Notes under the pieces: generated by a model
Seen by the model: the letters and a program-made list of their open reading frames with translations, nothing else
Database searches by the model: none
Told to the model about the DNA's origin: nothing
Assembly (NCBI GenBank): GCA_965237955.1
Contig: OZ250169.1
Coordinates: 6,688,001 to 6,752,000 of the forward strand
Direction of reading: 5' to 3'
DNA length: 64,000 bases
Source: Candidatus Marinacidobacterales bacterium
Lineage (GTDB): Bacteria; Acidobacteriota; Vicinamibacteria; Marinacidobacterales; SMYC01
Program-made: the position numbers and the translations under genes
Shown: piece by piece, positions 53,047 to 63,574 of the stretch
Position numbering within the stretch: the first letter of the stretch is position 1
How the letters are laid out: every line of letters starts with the position of its first letter

Positions 53047-53883
53047 GTGAGCGCCACCAGCCATCGCGCGAGTTTCACCGAGCTCGTCCAAACAGGCGGC
53101 GACGGCTTTGCGCTCGACCGGGCCGCACTACTCATCGCCGCCGAGGAGTATCGAGAGCTATCGATCGAGAGCTATCTCTCGAAACTGGACGGCTTGGCCG
53201 AGCGCGTCGCGTCCCGCCTTCATGGTGACGCAGGGCCGCACGAAACGCTGACGCGGATGCGGACCGTCCTTGTCGAAGAGGAAGGCTTTTCGGGAAATAC
53301 GGAGGATTACAACGATCCTCGCAACAGCTTTTTGAACGACGTCCTCGATCGCCGGCTGGGGATCCCCATCGCGTTATCGACGGTGTACATGGAAGTCGGC
53401 AGACGCATCGGGTTCTGCTTGCAAGGGATCGGCTTCCCCGGTCACTTTCTCATCAAGCATTGCACCCCGTCCGAGGAAATCGTCGTCGACCCGTTCCACA
53501 CAGGGCGGATCATGGCGGACGCGGACTTGCAGTCCCAGCTCGACACGAACTTCGGCGGGAGGATTCGCCATGAGCCCAAGCTCCTCGCAACGATTACGTC
53601 GCGCGAGTTTCTGTTCCGAATGCTGTCGAACCTGAAATCCATATACGTACGCGCGCGAGATACAGAGCGCGCCCTCGCGGCGGTCGAGCGTATGCTCGTT
53701 CTGGCGCCTGAAAACAGCCGAGAGCACCGGGACCGGGGCGTGCTACTGGCCCAGCTCGATCGGCCGCTCGAAGCGCTCTCAGTGCTGGCCAAGTATCGGG
53801 AGTTGGAGCCAGACGCCAATGACGCCGACGGCGTCGACTCTCTGATGAAGCAGCTAAAAGTGAAGATTGGGATGAATAATTGA
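53047..53883 (+). CDS. SirB1-family (transglutaminase-like + TPR) protein
   Basis: NSFLNDVLDRRLGIPI, GFPGHFL, DPF, RMLSNLK and RDRG. Confidence 0.9.
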   Translation: MSATSHRASFTELVQTGGDGFALDRAALLIAAEEYRELSIESYLSKLDGLAERVASRLHGDAGPHETLTRMRTVLVEEEGFSGNTEDYNDPRNSFLNDVLDRRLGIPIALSTVYMEVGRRIGFCLQGIGFPGHFLIKHCTPSEEIVVDPFHTGRIMADADLQSQLDTNFGGRIRHEPKLLATITSREFLFRMLSNLKSIYVRARDTERALAAVERMLVLAPENSREHRDRGVLLAQLDRPLEALSVLAKYRELEPDANDADGVDSLMKQLKVKIGMNN

Positions 53884-53906
53884 TCCAGCTGCAACGCGGC
53901 GCCGTC

Positions 53907-53935
53907 TTGACAGGCCTCCGGCGCCGAAATAGAGT
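53907..53935 (+). promoter_or_regulatory. Sigma70-type promoter upstream of the CarD-like gene
   Basis: TTGACA-N17-TAGAGT. Confidence 0.65.
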
Positions 53936-54127
53936 ACACAGGTAGCGCAGTTCTAGCCCAACCGCCTCGGTGCTCATCCGGCAGCGGGTGGTGCCGCCCT
54001 CGCCCTGACATCCGGGCCCACCACAACTACCCGGTGACCCTCGCGCCGGTCTGCGGACGGACGGAGTTGGCGGCCCCGGGTCCAACGGAAATCGTGATAT
54101 GGTTATGACCGAACAAGGAGGTGCACG

Positions 54128-54835
54128 GTGGGCCAGGAAATTCGCGCCCTTGCGGGGCTCCCGGAACCTGGTGAGCCAGTCTTCTATCCCAAGGTAGGCC
54201 ATTGTATCTACCGCGGCGTCACGGAAGATCGGGTGGCGCCAGGAACTCAGCTTCTGGAGCTCGAGGATCTCGAGGAGGGTAGCCGTATCCTCATCCCGCT
54301 GCCGAGAGTGCCGCAGCTCAACCTGCGCCCGGCCGGAACCGCCTTCCAAGAGATCCAAGAGGTCCTCGCGGCGGAGTTCGAGGAGCCTCTCGAAGACGAG
54401 GACGAGCTCCACAAGCTCGTCGAGACTCTGATAACCGACGGCTCACCGCGAGCATTGGCGCAATCCCTCAAAAGACTCCACTTGCTGCGACAGACCACGG
54501 GGCTCAGCCGCGAAGAAGAGCAGACGCGCAAGAAGATTCGCAGCTGGCTCGCTGCCGAAGTCTCGATCTCCAAAGATTGCACTCGGGCCGAAGCGCAGGC
54601 GTTCATGACGCGTATCCTGCAGGAGACGATGGCCGAGCACGAGAAGAAAGAAAAAGAAGAAGCCAAGGAGCGACGCCGGGCGGCCCGAGAGCAGAAGAAA
54701 GCTGAGGAGGCCGCAGCGGAGGCCCTCGCGGCCGGCGCTTCGAACGTGGCAGATGTCTTCGGGCCTCCTGTTGGAACCGAGGAACTCAAGCACGCTGGAC
54801 AGGCTGAATCCGCCGCTGCGGTGCCCGATCAATGA
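54128..54835 (+). CDS. CarD/CdnL-like transcriptional regulator
   Basis: GEPVFYPKVG...ILIPL....LRP N-domain and helical C-domain (LAAEVS); AAGGAGG RBS. Confidence 0.78.
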   Translation: MGQEIRALAGLPEPGEPVFYPKVGHCIYRGVTEDRVAPGTQLLELEDLEEGSRILIPLPRVPQLNLRPAGTAFQEIQEVLAAEFEEPLEDEDELHKLVETLITDGSPRALAQSLKRLHLLRQTTGLSREEEQTRKKIRSWLAAEVSISKDCTRAEAQAFMTRILQETMAEHEKKEKEEAKERRRAAREQKKAEEAAAEALAAGASNVADVFGPPVGTEELKHAGQAESAAAVPDQ

Positions 54836-55132
54836 TCACACCCACGAGCCGGAATCGACTGAGCCAATTGAGACTGCCGAACAGACCAAACTGGCCGAAC
54901 AGGTCCAACAGGCCGAGCCCGGTGATGGCGTCGAGCCGGTTGAACCCGCGGAACCGGTCGAAAGCGCAGCGCACACGGAAGTCGTCCCGCCACAGACGCC
55001 CCCTGGCACGCCCGATGTCGCGCCCGAGAACAACGAGGCCACTCCACGCCGAGCGGAGGAAGAAAGCCCCCCCAGGTTAAGGCATTCGACGTCGTCTCGA
55101 ACCGATAAGTCGTTGCGTGTGCAATCTTCGGT

Positions 55133-56845
55133 ATGTCGCAATATCCAGCGCTTCTCGTCAAACCGCTCCACGGCGAGCCGTTCCACGTCTCGCTCGACAA
55201 AAACGTCATCAGCATTGGTCGCTCGAAGCGGAACGATCTAGTCCTGGCGGACCAGTGGCTCTCCCGTCACCACGCTGAAATCCGTAACGCGAGCGGCTCG
55301 TTCTCGATCGCGGACCTCAAGAGCCGAAACGGCACCTACGTCAACGGACAGCGGATCGATGGCACGGTGCAGCTCAAGAACACCGACGTCATCACCCTAG
55401 GAGACCAGCAGATCAAGTTCCTCGACGAAGCGTCCGGAAGCGTAATCCTCACCGAAACCCCGGCTGGCCTCGACCTCGAAGGTACCATGGTCGTTCCAAC
55501 CGCTCAGCTCCTCGCGGCGGCGCGTGCCCAAGAGGACACATGGGACAACATGGGCGGCGAGCGCCCTTCCGTCGCCAAGCCGGTCTCCGGCGACGATTCC
55601 GCTCGCATCAAAAAGCAGAATCAAATGCTGATGACGCTCAGCGACGCGAGCATGGCCCTCATCAGCAACCGGCCGGTGAACGAGCTCCTCGAGTTCATCC
55701 TCGAGCTCGCGTTCAAAGTGATCAAGGCCGAGCGTGGCGTTCTCATGATCAAGAGCAACGGCGAGCTCACGCCCAAAGCGGTACGGACCGCAAGCGGCAA
55801 CAATCCCCGCGAGGAGATCAGTTTCAGCCGGACCATCGCCGACAAGGTCACGGCGGAGAAAGTCTCGATTCTCACCAACAACGCGCTCAGCGATCCCCGC
55901 TTCGATAAGGAGGAATCGATCGTGTCGCTGGGTATCCGCTCGGTGATGTGTGTTCCCCTCTGGCACGACAACGCCGTTACCGGACTCCTCTACGTCGACA
56001 GCCTCCGTCGTGAAAACGTGTTCAGCGAGGACGATCTCACTCTTCTTACGTCGCTCGCCAACGTCGCTGCCGTCAAGCTCGAGAACGCAAGGCTAGTCGA
56101 GGAAATGATCGAGAAGAAGCGGATGGAGCGCGAGCTCGAGCTCGCGCACGACATCCAGCAAGGTCGGTTGCCGAGTGAAGCACCCGATGTGGAGGGATGG
56201 GATCTCGTAGGGACGAACACCCCGTGCTACACCATCGGTGGTGACTACTACGACTTCATCGAGCGACCCGGCGGGCTCGCGGTCGCGCTCGGCGACGTCT
56301 CGGGAAAAGGCGCCGGCGCCGCGCTCATGATGATGGTGCTCCGCGCGACGATACATTTCGCGAGCCAGCGCGAGAAGACGGTCACGGACATCATTACCCA
56401 GGCGAACGGTGTCATTTACGACAACTCCCCGCCGCAGTTCTACGCCACGTTCTTTCTCACCGACGTGAACACGAGCACGGGGAAAATGCGCTACATCAAC
56501 GCTGGGCATATCCCCCCGATCCTCTACCAGAAGTCGTCCGACTCGATCGTGCGCCTCGAAGAGGGCGGAACGGTCCTCGGTCTTTTCGATATTGCGCAGT
56601 TCACCGAAGGCGAATCCGAGCTTCAACCCGGCGACGTCCTCGTTATTTTCACCGATGGCATCAGCGAAGCGTGGGGCGCCAACGACGAAGAGTTCGGTGA
56701 GGATCGACTCGCCGAGCTCGTCCGCGACAACGCGTCCCTCGAGGCGGCCGAGCTCGAAGAGCTCATCCAAAAGGAAGTCGACACCTTCACGGACGGCGCC
56801 CCGGCCACGGACGACAAGACGATTATTGTTGTTAAGCGAACTTGA
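55133..56845 (+). CDS. FHA-GAF-SpoIIE (PP2C) Ser/Thr phosphatase
   Basis: GR..SRHHA..SRNGT (FHA), RSVMCVPL (GAF), GGDYYD, DVSGKG, NAGH, TDG and DD. Confidence 0.93.
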   Translation: MSQYPALLVKPLHGEPFHVSLDKNVISIGRSKRNDLVLADQWLSRHHAEIRNASGSFSIADLKSRNGTYVNGQRIDGTVQLKNTDVITLGDQQIKFLDEASGSVILTETPAGLDLEGTMVVPTAQLLAAARAQEDTWDNMGGERPSVAKPVSGDDSARIKKQNQMLMTLSDASMALISNRPVNELLEFILELAFKVIKAERGVLMIKSNGELTPKAVRTASGNNPREEISFSRTIADKVTAEKVSILTNNALSDPRFDKEESIVSLGIRSVMCVPLWHDNAVTGLLYVDSLRRENVFSEDDLTLLTSLANVAAVKLENARLVEEMIEKKRMERELELAHDIQQGRLPSEAPDVEGWDLVGTNTPCYTIGGDYYDFIERPGGLAVALGDVSGKGAGAALMMMVLRATIHFASQREKTVTDIITQANGVIYDNSPPQFYATFFLTDVNTSTGKMRYINAGHIPPILYQKSSDSIVRLEEGGTVLGLFDIAQFTEGESELQPGDVLVIFTDGISEAWGANDEEFGEDRLAELVRDNASLEAAELEELIQKEVDTFTDGAPATDDKTIIVVKRT

Positions 56846-56851
56846 TCCGAT

Positions 56852-57014
56852 CCGCCATCATCCGTCAGCCATGGACTCGCGTTGGATCCGCCATCCGCCA
56901 TCGGCCATCAGCCATCAGCAGGGCTGGCGCTTTTGTGACGCTCCTGCCGGCAACCAACACCGCGTCACAGCCAAACGACGGCTAGCTGACGGCTGATGGC
57001 CGATGGCCGATGGC
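56852..57014. repeat. Inverted pair of heptamer arrays
   Basis: gccatccgccatcggccatcagccatcagc ... gctgacggctgatggccgatggccgatggc. Confidence 0.82.
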
Positions 57015-57088
57015 GCATCGAATGAAGTTCCATTGACGCGTGCAAAATACTGTGTTAACTTGATTTCTATCTCTTTCCACGAGGCACA

Positions 57089-57565
57089 ATGGTCCAAAAA
57101 CGGGGCGCGCTTTCCGATGTTACGAGTCTGCAGAAAGACATCAACAAGCTCTTCGAACAACTGGCTCATCTCGACAGCACCGAGGCCGGCATCGGTCTCG
57201 GCGAGTGGTTCCCCCGGGTAGACGTTCTCGAGACGAAGAACAGCGTCGTCGTCAAAGTCGAAGCTCCGGGGTTCGAAGAAGACGACCTCGAAGTAGTCTT
57301 CCGCGGCCCAAAAATGATCTTGTCGGGAGAGAAGAAGCAGTCGAAGGTCGACGAGTCCGTGCGCGGTTATCTGTGCCTGGAGAGAAGCTTCGGCAAGTTC
57401 TCTCGCTCGCTCTACATCGATCAAGCCGTTGACTTGACGCGTGCATCCGCTCGACTCGTCGATGGGGTTCTCACCGTGTTGATTCCGAAGCTCGAAGATC
57501 GGCGAGGAAGCGAGTTCCGTCTCGAGATCGAAGGCCCGGCGTCCGAAAGCTCCGCCCAGCAATAA
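57089..57565 (+). CDS. Hsp20/alpha-crystallin small heat-shock protein
   Basis: WFPRVDV.E, ERSFGKFSR and DGVLTV.IPK. Confidence 0.93.
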   Translation: MVQKRGALSDVTSLQKDINKLFEQLAHLDSTEAGIGLGEWFPRVDVLETKNSVVVKVEAPGFEEDDLEVVFRGPKMILSGEKKQSKVDESVRGYLCLERSFGKFSRSLYIDQAVDLTRASARLVDGVLTVLIPKLEDRRGSEFRLEIEGPASESSAQQ

Positions 57566-60000
57566 TGGATGTAGAACAGAACGAAGCAGAAGAGCCTCTA
57601 TTGGTGCCGGAATCGCTTCCGGTGCTCCCGTTGCGGGACATCGTGATCTTCCCGTTCATGATCGTCCCGCTGTACGTAAGCCGCGACAAATCCGTCAAAG
57701 CCGTCGACTTCGCTCTCGCCGACAACCGGATGATCTGCCTCGTCGCGCAAAAAGATCAGGAACGGGAAACTCCGGCGACCGACGATTTGCACCGCATGGG
57801 CACCGTGGCCGTGATCATGCGCATGCTCAAACTTCCCGACGGCCGCATCCGGGTGCTCGTTCAGGGCATGAACCGAGCCCAAGTGAACGGTTTCCGTCAG
57901 GACGATCCGTATTTTCTCGCGAACTTGACGTCGGTCGATGAAGAGGATTGGGAACAGGACTCCCTCGAGCTTCAGGCGCTGATGCGAAACGTCAAAGAAG
58001 CTCTCGAAAAATCAGTCAACCTCGGCAAATCCATTTCGCCGGAAGTGATGGTCATAGCCGCGAACCTGGAGGATCCAGGAAGGCTCGCCGACCTCGCCGT
58101 GTCCAACCTGGATCTCAAAGTCGAATCCGCGCAGGAAATCCTCGAGACCATCGACCCCATCGACCGTCTGAATAAAGTTCACGAGCTCATCGCCAAAGAG
58201 CTCGAAGTCCTCACGATGCAGCAGCAAATCAGCTCGCAGGCACGTGGAGAGATGGATCGAACGCAGCGTGAGTTCTTTCTTCGCCAGCAGCTCAAAGCGA
58301 TTCAGTCCGAGCTCGGCGAAGGCAACGAGCTCGCCGAGGAAGTGCGCCAGTTCCGGAACAAGGCCCGCAAGGCGAAGATGCCGAAAGACGTCTATAAAGA
58401 GGTCAACCGGCAGCTCGGAAAGCTCGAGCGCATGCACCCCGACGCCGCCGAGACGGCGACGCTCAGGAATTACCTCGAGTGCATGGTGAACTTGCCGTGG
58501 AACAAGCACAGCCGCGACAACCTCGACCTTGTCGCCGCCCTCGCCATTCTCGACCGGGACCACTACGGGCTCGGGCGCATCAAGGAGCGCATCATCGAAT
58601 ACCTGGCGGTGCGCAAGCTCAAGAAGAAGATGAAAGGTCCGATCCTCTGTTTCGTCGGGCCTCCTGGCGTCGGTAAGACTTCACTGGGACGCTCGATTGC
58701 GCGCGCGGTAGGACGTAAGTTCCACCGAATCTCTCTCGGTGGCGTGCGCGACGAAGCCGAGATCCGAGGTCACCGGCGCACCTACGTCGGCTCGATGCCC
58801 GGCCGCATCATCCAGGGAATCCAACAGGCGGGAACTTCGAATCCGGTTTTCATGCTCGACGAAGTCGACAAGCTCGGCTCAGATTATCGAGGCGACCCGA
58901 GCTCCGCGCTTCTCGAGGTCCTCGATCCCGAACAGAACAACACCTTTCGCGACAACTACCTCGGGCTTTCGTTCGATCTCTCGAACGTCATGTTCATCGC
59001 GACGGCAAACCAGCTCGACCCGATCCAGCCCGCTTTTCTCGACCGCATGGAAGTGATCCAACTGACCAGCTACACCGAAGAAGAAAAGCTCCAAATCGCG
59101 ACCCGGCACCTCCTACCCAAACAGCTCGAGGAGAACGGGCTCACCACCGAAACCATCGGTTTCAGCAACGAGTCGGTGCGGCAAATGATCTCGCGCTATA
59201 CGCGCGAAGCGGGTCTCAGAAACCTCGAGCGCGAAGTGTCACGGGTATGCCGCAAGGTCGCGAAGCGCGTAGCCCAAGGGCGCGAGGAGCTCTCTCGGAT
59301 CACGGCAGGGAATCTCTCGAGCTTCCTCGGCCCTGCCAAGTACACGCCGGAAGAAAATCTGGAGCAAGATCAGGTCGGCGTCGCGACTGGGCTCGCGTGG
59401 ACCCCCACCGGCGGGGACATCCTCTTCGTCGAAGCGACCGCCATGAAGGGTAAAGGCGAGCTCATCTTGACGGGCACGCTCGGCGATGTGATGCGCGAGT
59501 CAGCCCGGGCAGCGCTTTCTTACGCGCGCTCGCGCGCGGCGCAGTTCCAAATCGATGAGAGCGTGTTCAGTACCCACGACATCCACATCCACATCCCCGA
59601 AGGGGCGATCCCGAAAGACGGGCCCTCGGCAGGTGTTACTATGGCGCTTGCGATGATCTCGGTGCTGACAAATACTCCCATCAGAAGGAACGTAGCGCTC
59701 ACGGGCGAGATCACCCTACGCGGCAACGTGCTCCCCGTCGGCGGCGTCAAAGAGAAAGTCCTCGCGGCTCGGCGCGCCGGACTCGACACCGTCGTACTGC
59801 CCAGAGTCAACGGCAAGGATGTGGACGAGCTTCCCCCGTACGTGAAGCGTGACCTCCACTTCCAACTCGTGGATCAAGTCGAGGAAGTCTTGAAGGCGGC
59901 CCTCATCGATCACGGCAAGATCTTCCGCTTGCCGTCAACGCCGGCTCGCATTTCGCGCCGGTCTTCCTCGTCGCGGAGCACGCGGACGGCCCTCAAGTGA
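57565..60000 (+). CDS. lon: ATP-dependent Lon protease
   Basis: LPVLPLRD, GPPGVGKTS, LDEVDK, PKDGPSAG and GGVKEK. Confidence 0.98.
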   Translation: MDVEQNEAEEPLLVPESLPVLPLRDIVIFPFMIVPLYVSRDKSVKAVDFALADNRMICLVAQKDQERETPATDDLHRMGTVAVIMRMLKLPDGRIRVLVQGMNRAQVNGFRQDDPYFLANLTSVDEEDWEQDSLELQALMRNVKEALEKSVNLGKSISPEVMVIAANLEDPGRLADLAVSNLDLKVESAQEILETIDPIDRLNKVHELIAKELEVLTMQQQISSQARGEMDRTQREFFLRQQLKAIQSELGEGNELAEEVRQFRNKARKAKMPKDVYKEVNRQLGKLERMHPDAAETATLRNYLECMVNLPWNKHSRDNLDLVAALAILDRDHYGLGRIKERIIEYLAVRKLKKKMKGPILCFVGPPGVGKTSLGRSIARAVGRKFHRISLGGVRDEAEIRGHRRTYVGSMPGRIIQGIQQAGTSNPVFMLDEVDKLGSDYRGDPSSALLEVLDPEQNNTFRDNYLGLSFDLSNVMFIATANQLDPIQPAFLDRMEVIQLTSYTEEEKLQIATRHLLPKQLEENGLTTETIGFSNESVRQMISRYTREAGLRNLEREVSRVCRKVAKRVAQGREELSRITAGNLSSFLGPAKYTPEENLEQDQVGVATGLAWTPTGGDILFVEATAMKGKGELILTGTLGDVMRESARAALSYARSRAAQFQIDESVFSTHDIHIHIPEGAIPKDGPSAGVTMALAMISVLTNTPIRRNVALTGEITLRGNVLPVGGVKEKVLAARRAGLDTVVLPRVNGKDVDELPPYVKRDLHFQLVDQVEEVLKAALIDHGKIFRLPSTPARISRRSSSSRSTRTALK

Positions 60001-60004
60001 CGCA

Positions 60005-60805
60005 GTGAAGCTTCTCGTCGCCGGCGACATCGTAGGGAAAGCCGGCCGGAACATCCTCAGGTCCGGCCTTTTACACCTCCGCTCCCAGGAAGATTTCGAC
60101 CTCATCGTCGTGAACGTCGAAAACGCGGCGGCCGGCTTCGGCGTCACCCCGGACATCGCGGGCAAACTCTTCGACCTGGGCGTCGATGTGCTCACCACCG
60201 GAAACCATGTCTGGGACAAAAGAGAGATCTTCGGCTACCTCGAGCGCGAGCCCCGCATCTTGCGCCCAATCAACTACCCGGATCCCTGCCCCGGCGCCGG
60301 GTCGTTCGTGGCCACGACCGCGAGCGGTATCGACGTCGCGGTGATCAACCTGCAAGGACGCGTCTTCATGCCGCTCATCGATTGTCCGTTCCAAGCGATC
60401 GATCGTGAGCTCGAGGCCCTGAATCAGACGATGAGCAAGAAGACGAGACACGTGCTCGTCGATCTCCACGGCGAAACCACCTCGGAGAAGATGGCGATGG
60501 CGTGGTATCTCGACGGCCGGGTCTCGGCGGTGGTGGGAACGCACACGCACGTGCCGACGGCCGACGAGCGGATTCTTCCCAAAGGGACCGCGTACATCAC
60601 CGACCTCGGCATGTGTGGCCCGTACGATTCTGTCATCGGCATGGCGCCCGAGACTTCTCTTCCCCGGTTTCTCACCGCGATGCCCACTAAATTCGAGCCG
60701 GCCAAGGCCAATCCGTGGATGTGCGGCGTGGTCATCGATGTCGACGAAGACACCGGGCTCGCCCGCGACATTCGCCGATTCAAGATCACCGAAGCAGATT
60801 TGTAG
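60005..60805 (+). CDS. YmdB/TIGR00282 metallophosphoesterase
   Basis: GDIVG, NVEN, TGNH, DLHGETTSEK and GTHTH. Confidence 0.93.
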   Translation: MKLLVAGDIVGKAGRNILRSGLLHLRSQEDFDLIVVNVENAAAGFGVTPDIAGKLFDLGVDVLTTGNHVWDKREIFGYLEREPRILRPINYPDPCPGAGSFVATTASGIDVAVINLQGRVFMPLIDCPFQAIDRELEALNQTMSKKTRHVLVDLHGETTSEKMAMAWYLDGRVSAVVGTHTHVPTADERILPKGTAYITDLGMCGPYDSVIGMAPETSLPRFLTAMPTKFEPAKANPWMCGVVIDVDEDTGLARDIRRFKITEADL

Positions 60806-60809
60806 AATC

Positions 60810-62183
60810 GTGTCTCGCTCGCAAGCGAACCGTGATACCGAGAGAACGATCCACTCGGTCTCAGACATCACCCGCCACATCAAGCTCGACCTCGAGCGCA
60901 CGTTCAATAACCTCTGGGTTCAAGGCGAGCTTTCGAACGTCAAACGTCCATCTTCGGGGCATTTCTACTTCACCCTGAAAGACGACAAAGCGCAGCTCCC
61001 CGCCGTCATGTTCCGGGGGAAAGCGCGCCACCTGCGGTTTCGGCCCGATGACGGTACCGCCGTTCTCGTGTGGGGACACATCACCGTCTACGAACCTCGT
61101 GGCGCGTACCAGATCATGGTCGAGCGGATGGAGCCGCGCGGCAAGGGAGCCCTTCAGCTCGCGTTCGAACAGCTCAAAGAGAAACTGGCCAAAGAGGGCT
61201 TGTTCGATCAAGAGCGCAAGAAATCCTTAACCCTCCTTCCCCAGAGACTCGGGATCGTGACGTCGCCTTCCGGGGCGGCGATTCGGGATCTGTGCCGGGT
61301 GCTCCACCGTCGCTATCCGAACCTCGAAGTGCTGGTGTACCCGGCCCAAGTGCAAGGAGACCTCGCGGCGGCGGAGATCGCCAAAGGCGTGCAGGTGCTG
61401 AACCGTCTCGGTGGTTTCGATGCCATCATCGTCGCGAGAGGCGGCGGCTCGATCGAGGACCTCTGGCCCTTTAACGAGGAGTCGGTGGCGCGAGCCATCG
61501 CGGCTTCAGCGATCCCGGTGGTAAGCGCAATAGGCCACGAAGTTGATTTCACCATCGCGGACTTCGTCGCCGACGTGCGGGCGCCGACACCGTCGGCGGC
61601 AGCCGAGATGGTGGTCCAGCGTAAAGAAGATTTCCGCGAGCACGTCGCCACGCTGTTCGGGCGGCTCGACAAGGGCGTGCGCTTCCGACTCCAGGAACTA
61701 GGACACCGCTGGTCGCGGGTCGCGACCCATCAGGTGTTCGCGGCCGTCGGCCACGGAATCGAGCGGCGCGGGCAACAGGTCGACGAAGCAAGCTTTTTGA
61801 CCCGTGCGACCATGGACCGGCGCATCGCCGCGCTCTCGAAGCAACTCCAAGATACCGCGAGAAGGCTCGATGCCCAGCGTCTCGACCACAAGCTCGGCAA
61901 AGCCGCCGCCAAGCTCGCCGGGCTTCGTGGGCGGCTCCACGCCTGTGAGCTCGCGGCACGCGCGATCGGACAGCAATCGCTCGCATCGGTAGCGGCGAAG
62001 CTCGAGGCGCTCTCGCCACTCGCCGTCCTCGGGCGTGGCTATAGCTTGACGTGGACAGCTCAGGGTAAACTTTTGCGCCGTTCCACGGATGTATCAATAG
62101 GCGACGCGGTGCGCGTCGACCTGAACCAAGGCCGACTCGACTGTCGCGTCGAAGCGGCCACTGAGCCTGAGATTGATGAATGA
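60810..62183 (+). CDS. xseA: Exodeoxyribonuclease VII large subunit
   Basis: SGHFYFTLKD, ARGGGSIEDL, GHEVDFT, RAPTPSAAA and LSPLAVLGRGY. Confidence 0.96.
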   Translation: MSRSQANRDTERTIHSVSDITRHIKLDLERTFNNLWVQGELSNVKRPSSGHFYFTLKDDKAQLPAVMFRGKARHLRFRPDDGTAVLVWGHITVYEPRGAYQIMVERMEPRGKGALQLAFEQLKEKLAKEGLFDQERKKSLTLLPQRLGIVTSPSGAAIRDLCRVLHRRYPNLEVLVYPAQVQGDLAAAEIAKGVQVLNRLGGFDAIIVARGGGSIEDLWPFNEESVARAIAASAIPVVSAIGHEVDFTIADFVADVRAPTPSAAAEMVVQRKEDFREHVATLFGRLDKGVRFRLQELGHRWSRVATHQVFAAVGHGIERRGQQVDEASFLTRATMDRRIAALSKQLQDTARRLDAQRLDHKLGKAAAKLAGLRGRLHACELAARAIGQQSLASVAAKLEALSPLAVLGRGYSLTWTAQGKLLRRSTDVSIGDAVRVDLNQGRLDCRVEAATEPEIDE

Positions 62184-62206
62184 CGAATGATGAATGACGA
62201 GCCAGC

Positions 62207-62470
62207 ATGAAAGATGACGTAAAACCCAAAGACTTCGAGGACGCGCTCGGAAAACTCGAAGGGATCGTGAAAGAGCTCGAAGACGGCGAGCTCAGCCTCG
62301 AGAAATCGCTCGCACGCTACGAGCAAGGCGTGCGACTCGCTCGATTCTGTAACAGCAAGCTCGAAGAAGCCGAAAAGCGCGTCGCGATGTTACAGACTAG
62401 TGACGAAGGCGATCCCAAACGGGACGCGTCGGGTGCAATTCGGCAGACTCCGTTGGAGTTTGACGAATGA
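62207..62470 (+). CDS. xseB: Exodeoxyribonuclease VII small subunit
   Basis: FEDALGKLEGIV..LE.G.LSLE.SL..YE.G. Confidence 0.95.
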   Translation: MKDDVKPKDFEDALGKLEGIVKELEDGELSLEKSLARYEQGVRLARFCNSKLEEAEKRVAMLQTSDEGDPKRDASGAIRQTPLEFDE

Positions 62471-63390
62471 ATTCTGCCTTCAGCCATCGGCCGTCGGCCA
62501 TCGGCTCCGACTTTGATGCTTACCTTGCCGGGCGGCGCGCGCTTGTTGAAGAATTCTTGGACGCTTGTGTGCCTTCGGAAGAGACGCCGCCTGTGACGAT
62601 TTCGCGGGCGGTTCGGTATAGCCTCTTTCCGGGTGGGAAGCGGCTTCGGCCGATTCTTGTTCTCGCATCGGCGGAAGCCGTCGGAGGTCTGGTCGAGGAT
62701 GCGCTACCCGCGGCGGCCGCGTTCGAGATGATCCATACGTATTCGTTGATCCATGACGACCTGCCGGCGATGGACGATGACTCGCTGCGTCGCGGAAAGC
62801 CGGCGTCCCATGTCGTCTTCGGGGACGCGATCGCGATCCTCGCCGGTGACGCGTTGCAGACGCACGCGTTTCGAGTCCTCGCCGAAGGCGAGTCTCCCGT
62901 CTCCGCCGAGAGACGGATTCGCGCCATAGCACTTCTCGCCGATGCCGCGGGCGCGTCAGGCATGGTGGGAGGCCAGGTCGCGGATCTCGAAGCGGAGGGT
63001 CAACCGGTCTCGAGCGACGGTCTCGAGTTCATCCATCGACACAAGACCGGCGCGCTCATCCATGCGGCGTCCGAGGTTGGAGCCGTCGTCGGAGGTGGCA
63101 GCGACGACCACGTGGCTCACCTCGCGCGCTATGGCGAGAACATCGGGCTCGCGTTTCAAATCATCGACGACATTCTCGACGTCACCGGAAACCCCGAGAC
63201 GCTCGGGAAGTCCACGGGAAAAGACGAGACGGCTGGTAAAGCAACCTATCCCCAAGTCCACGGCATCAAAAACGCCAACGCGCGCGCATCGAAGCTCGTG
63301 ACCAGCGCTCTCGAGGAGCTCGCACCCTTTGGAGACCGAACGGAACCCCTGTCCCGACTGGCGCAACGGATTCTCGATCGCAATTCCTAA
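62467..63390 (+). CDS. ispA: Farnesyl diphosphate synthase (polyprenyl synthase)
   Basis: GGKRLRP, HDDLPAMDDD..RRG, GQ..D and FQIIDDILD. Confidence 0.93.
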   Translation: MNSAFSHRPSAIGSDFDAYLAGRRALVEEFLDACVPSEETPPVTISRAVRYSLFPGGKRLRPILVLASAEAVGGLVEDALPAAAAFEMIHTYSLIHDDLPAMDDDSLRRGKPASHVVFGDAIAILAGDALQTHAFRVLAEGESPVSAERRIRAIALLADAAGASGMVGGQVADLEAEGQPVSSDGLEFIHRHKTGALIHAASEVGAVVGGGSDDHVAHLARYGENIGLAFQIIDDILDVTGNPETLGKSTGKDETAGKATYPQVHGIKNANARASKLVTSALEELAPFGDRTEPLSRLAQRILDRNS

Positions 63391-63439
63391 TCCACCGAGG
63401 CCAACCGTAGAGTTCCCCAATGCCAAGCGTTCTCTTTTC

Positions 63440-63559
63440 AACGCAAAGGCGCAAAGACGCCATGGCGCAAAGAGCGACCTCACTCATTTCGCCGTCTCCA
63501 ATCTTGGTCGCGAGCAGCTCCGTACACTTTGCGTCCTTGCGACTCTGCGCCTTTGCGTT
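63440..63559. repeat. Octamer-based palindromic intergenic repeat
   Basis: aacgcaaaggcgcaaagacgccatggcgcaaag ... ctttgcgtccttgcgactctgcgcctttgcgtt. Confidence 0.85.
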
Positions 63560-63574
63560 TTGTTTTTAGCTATC

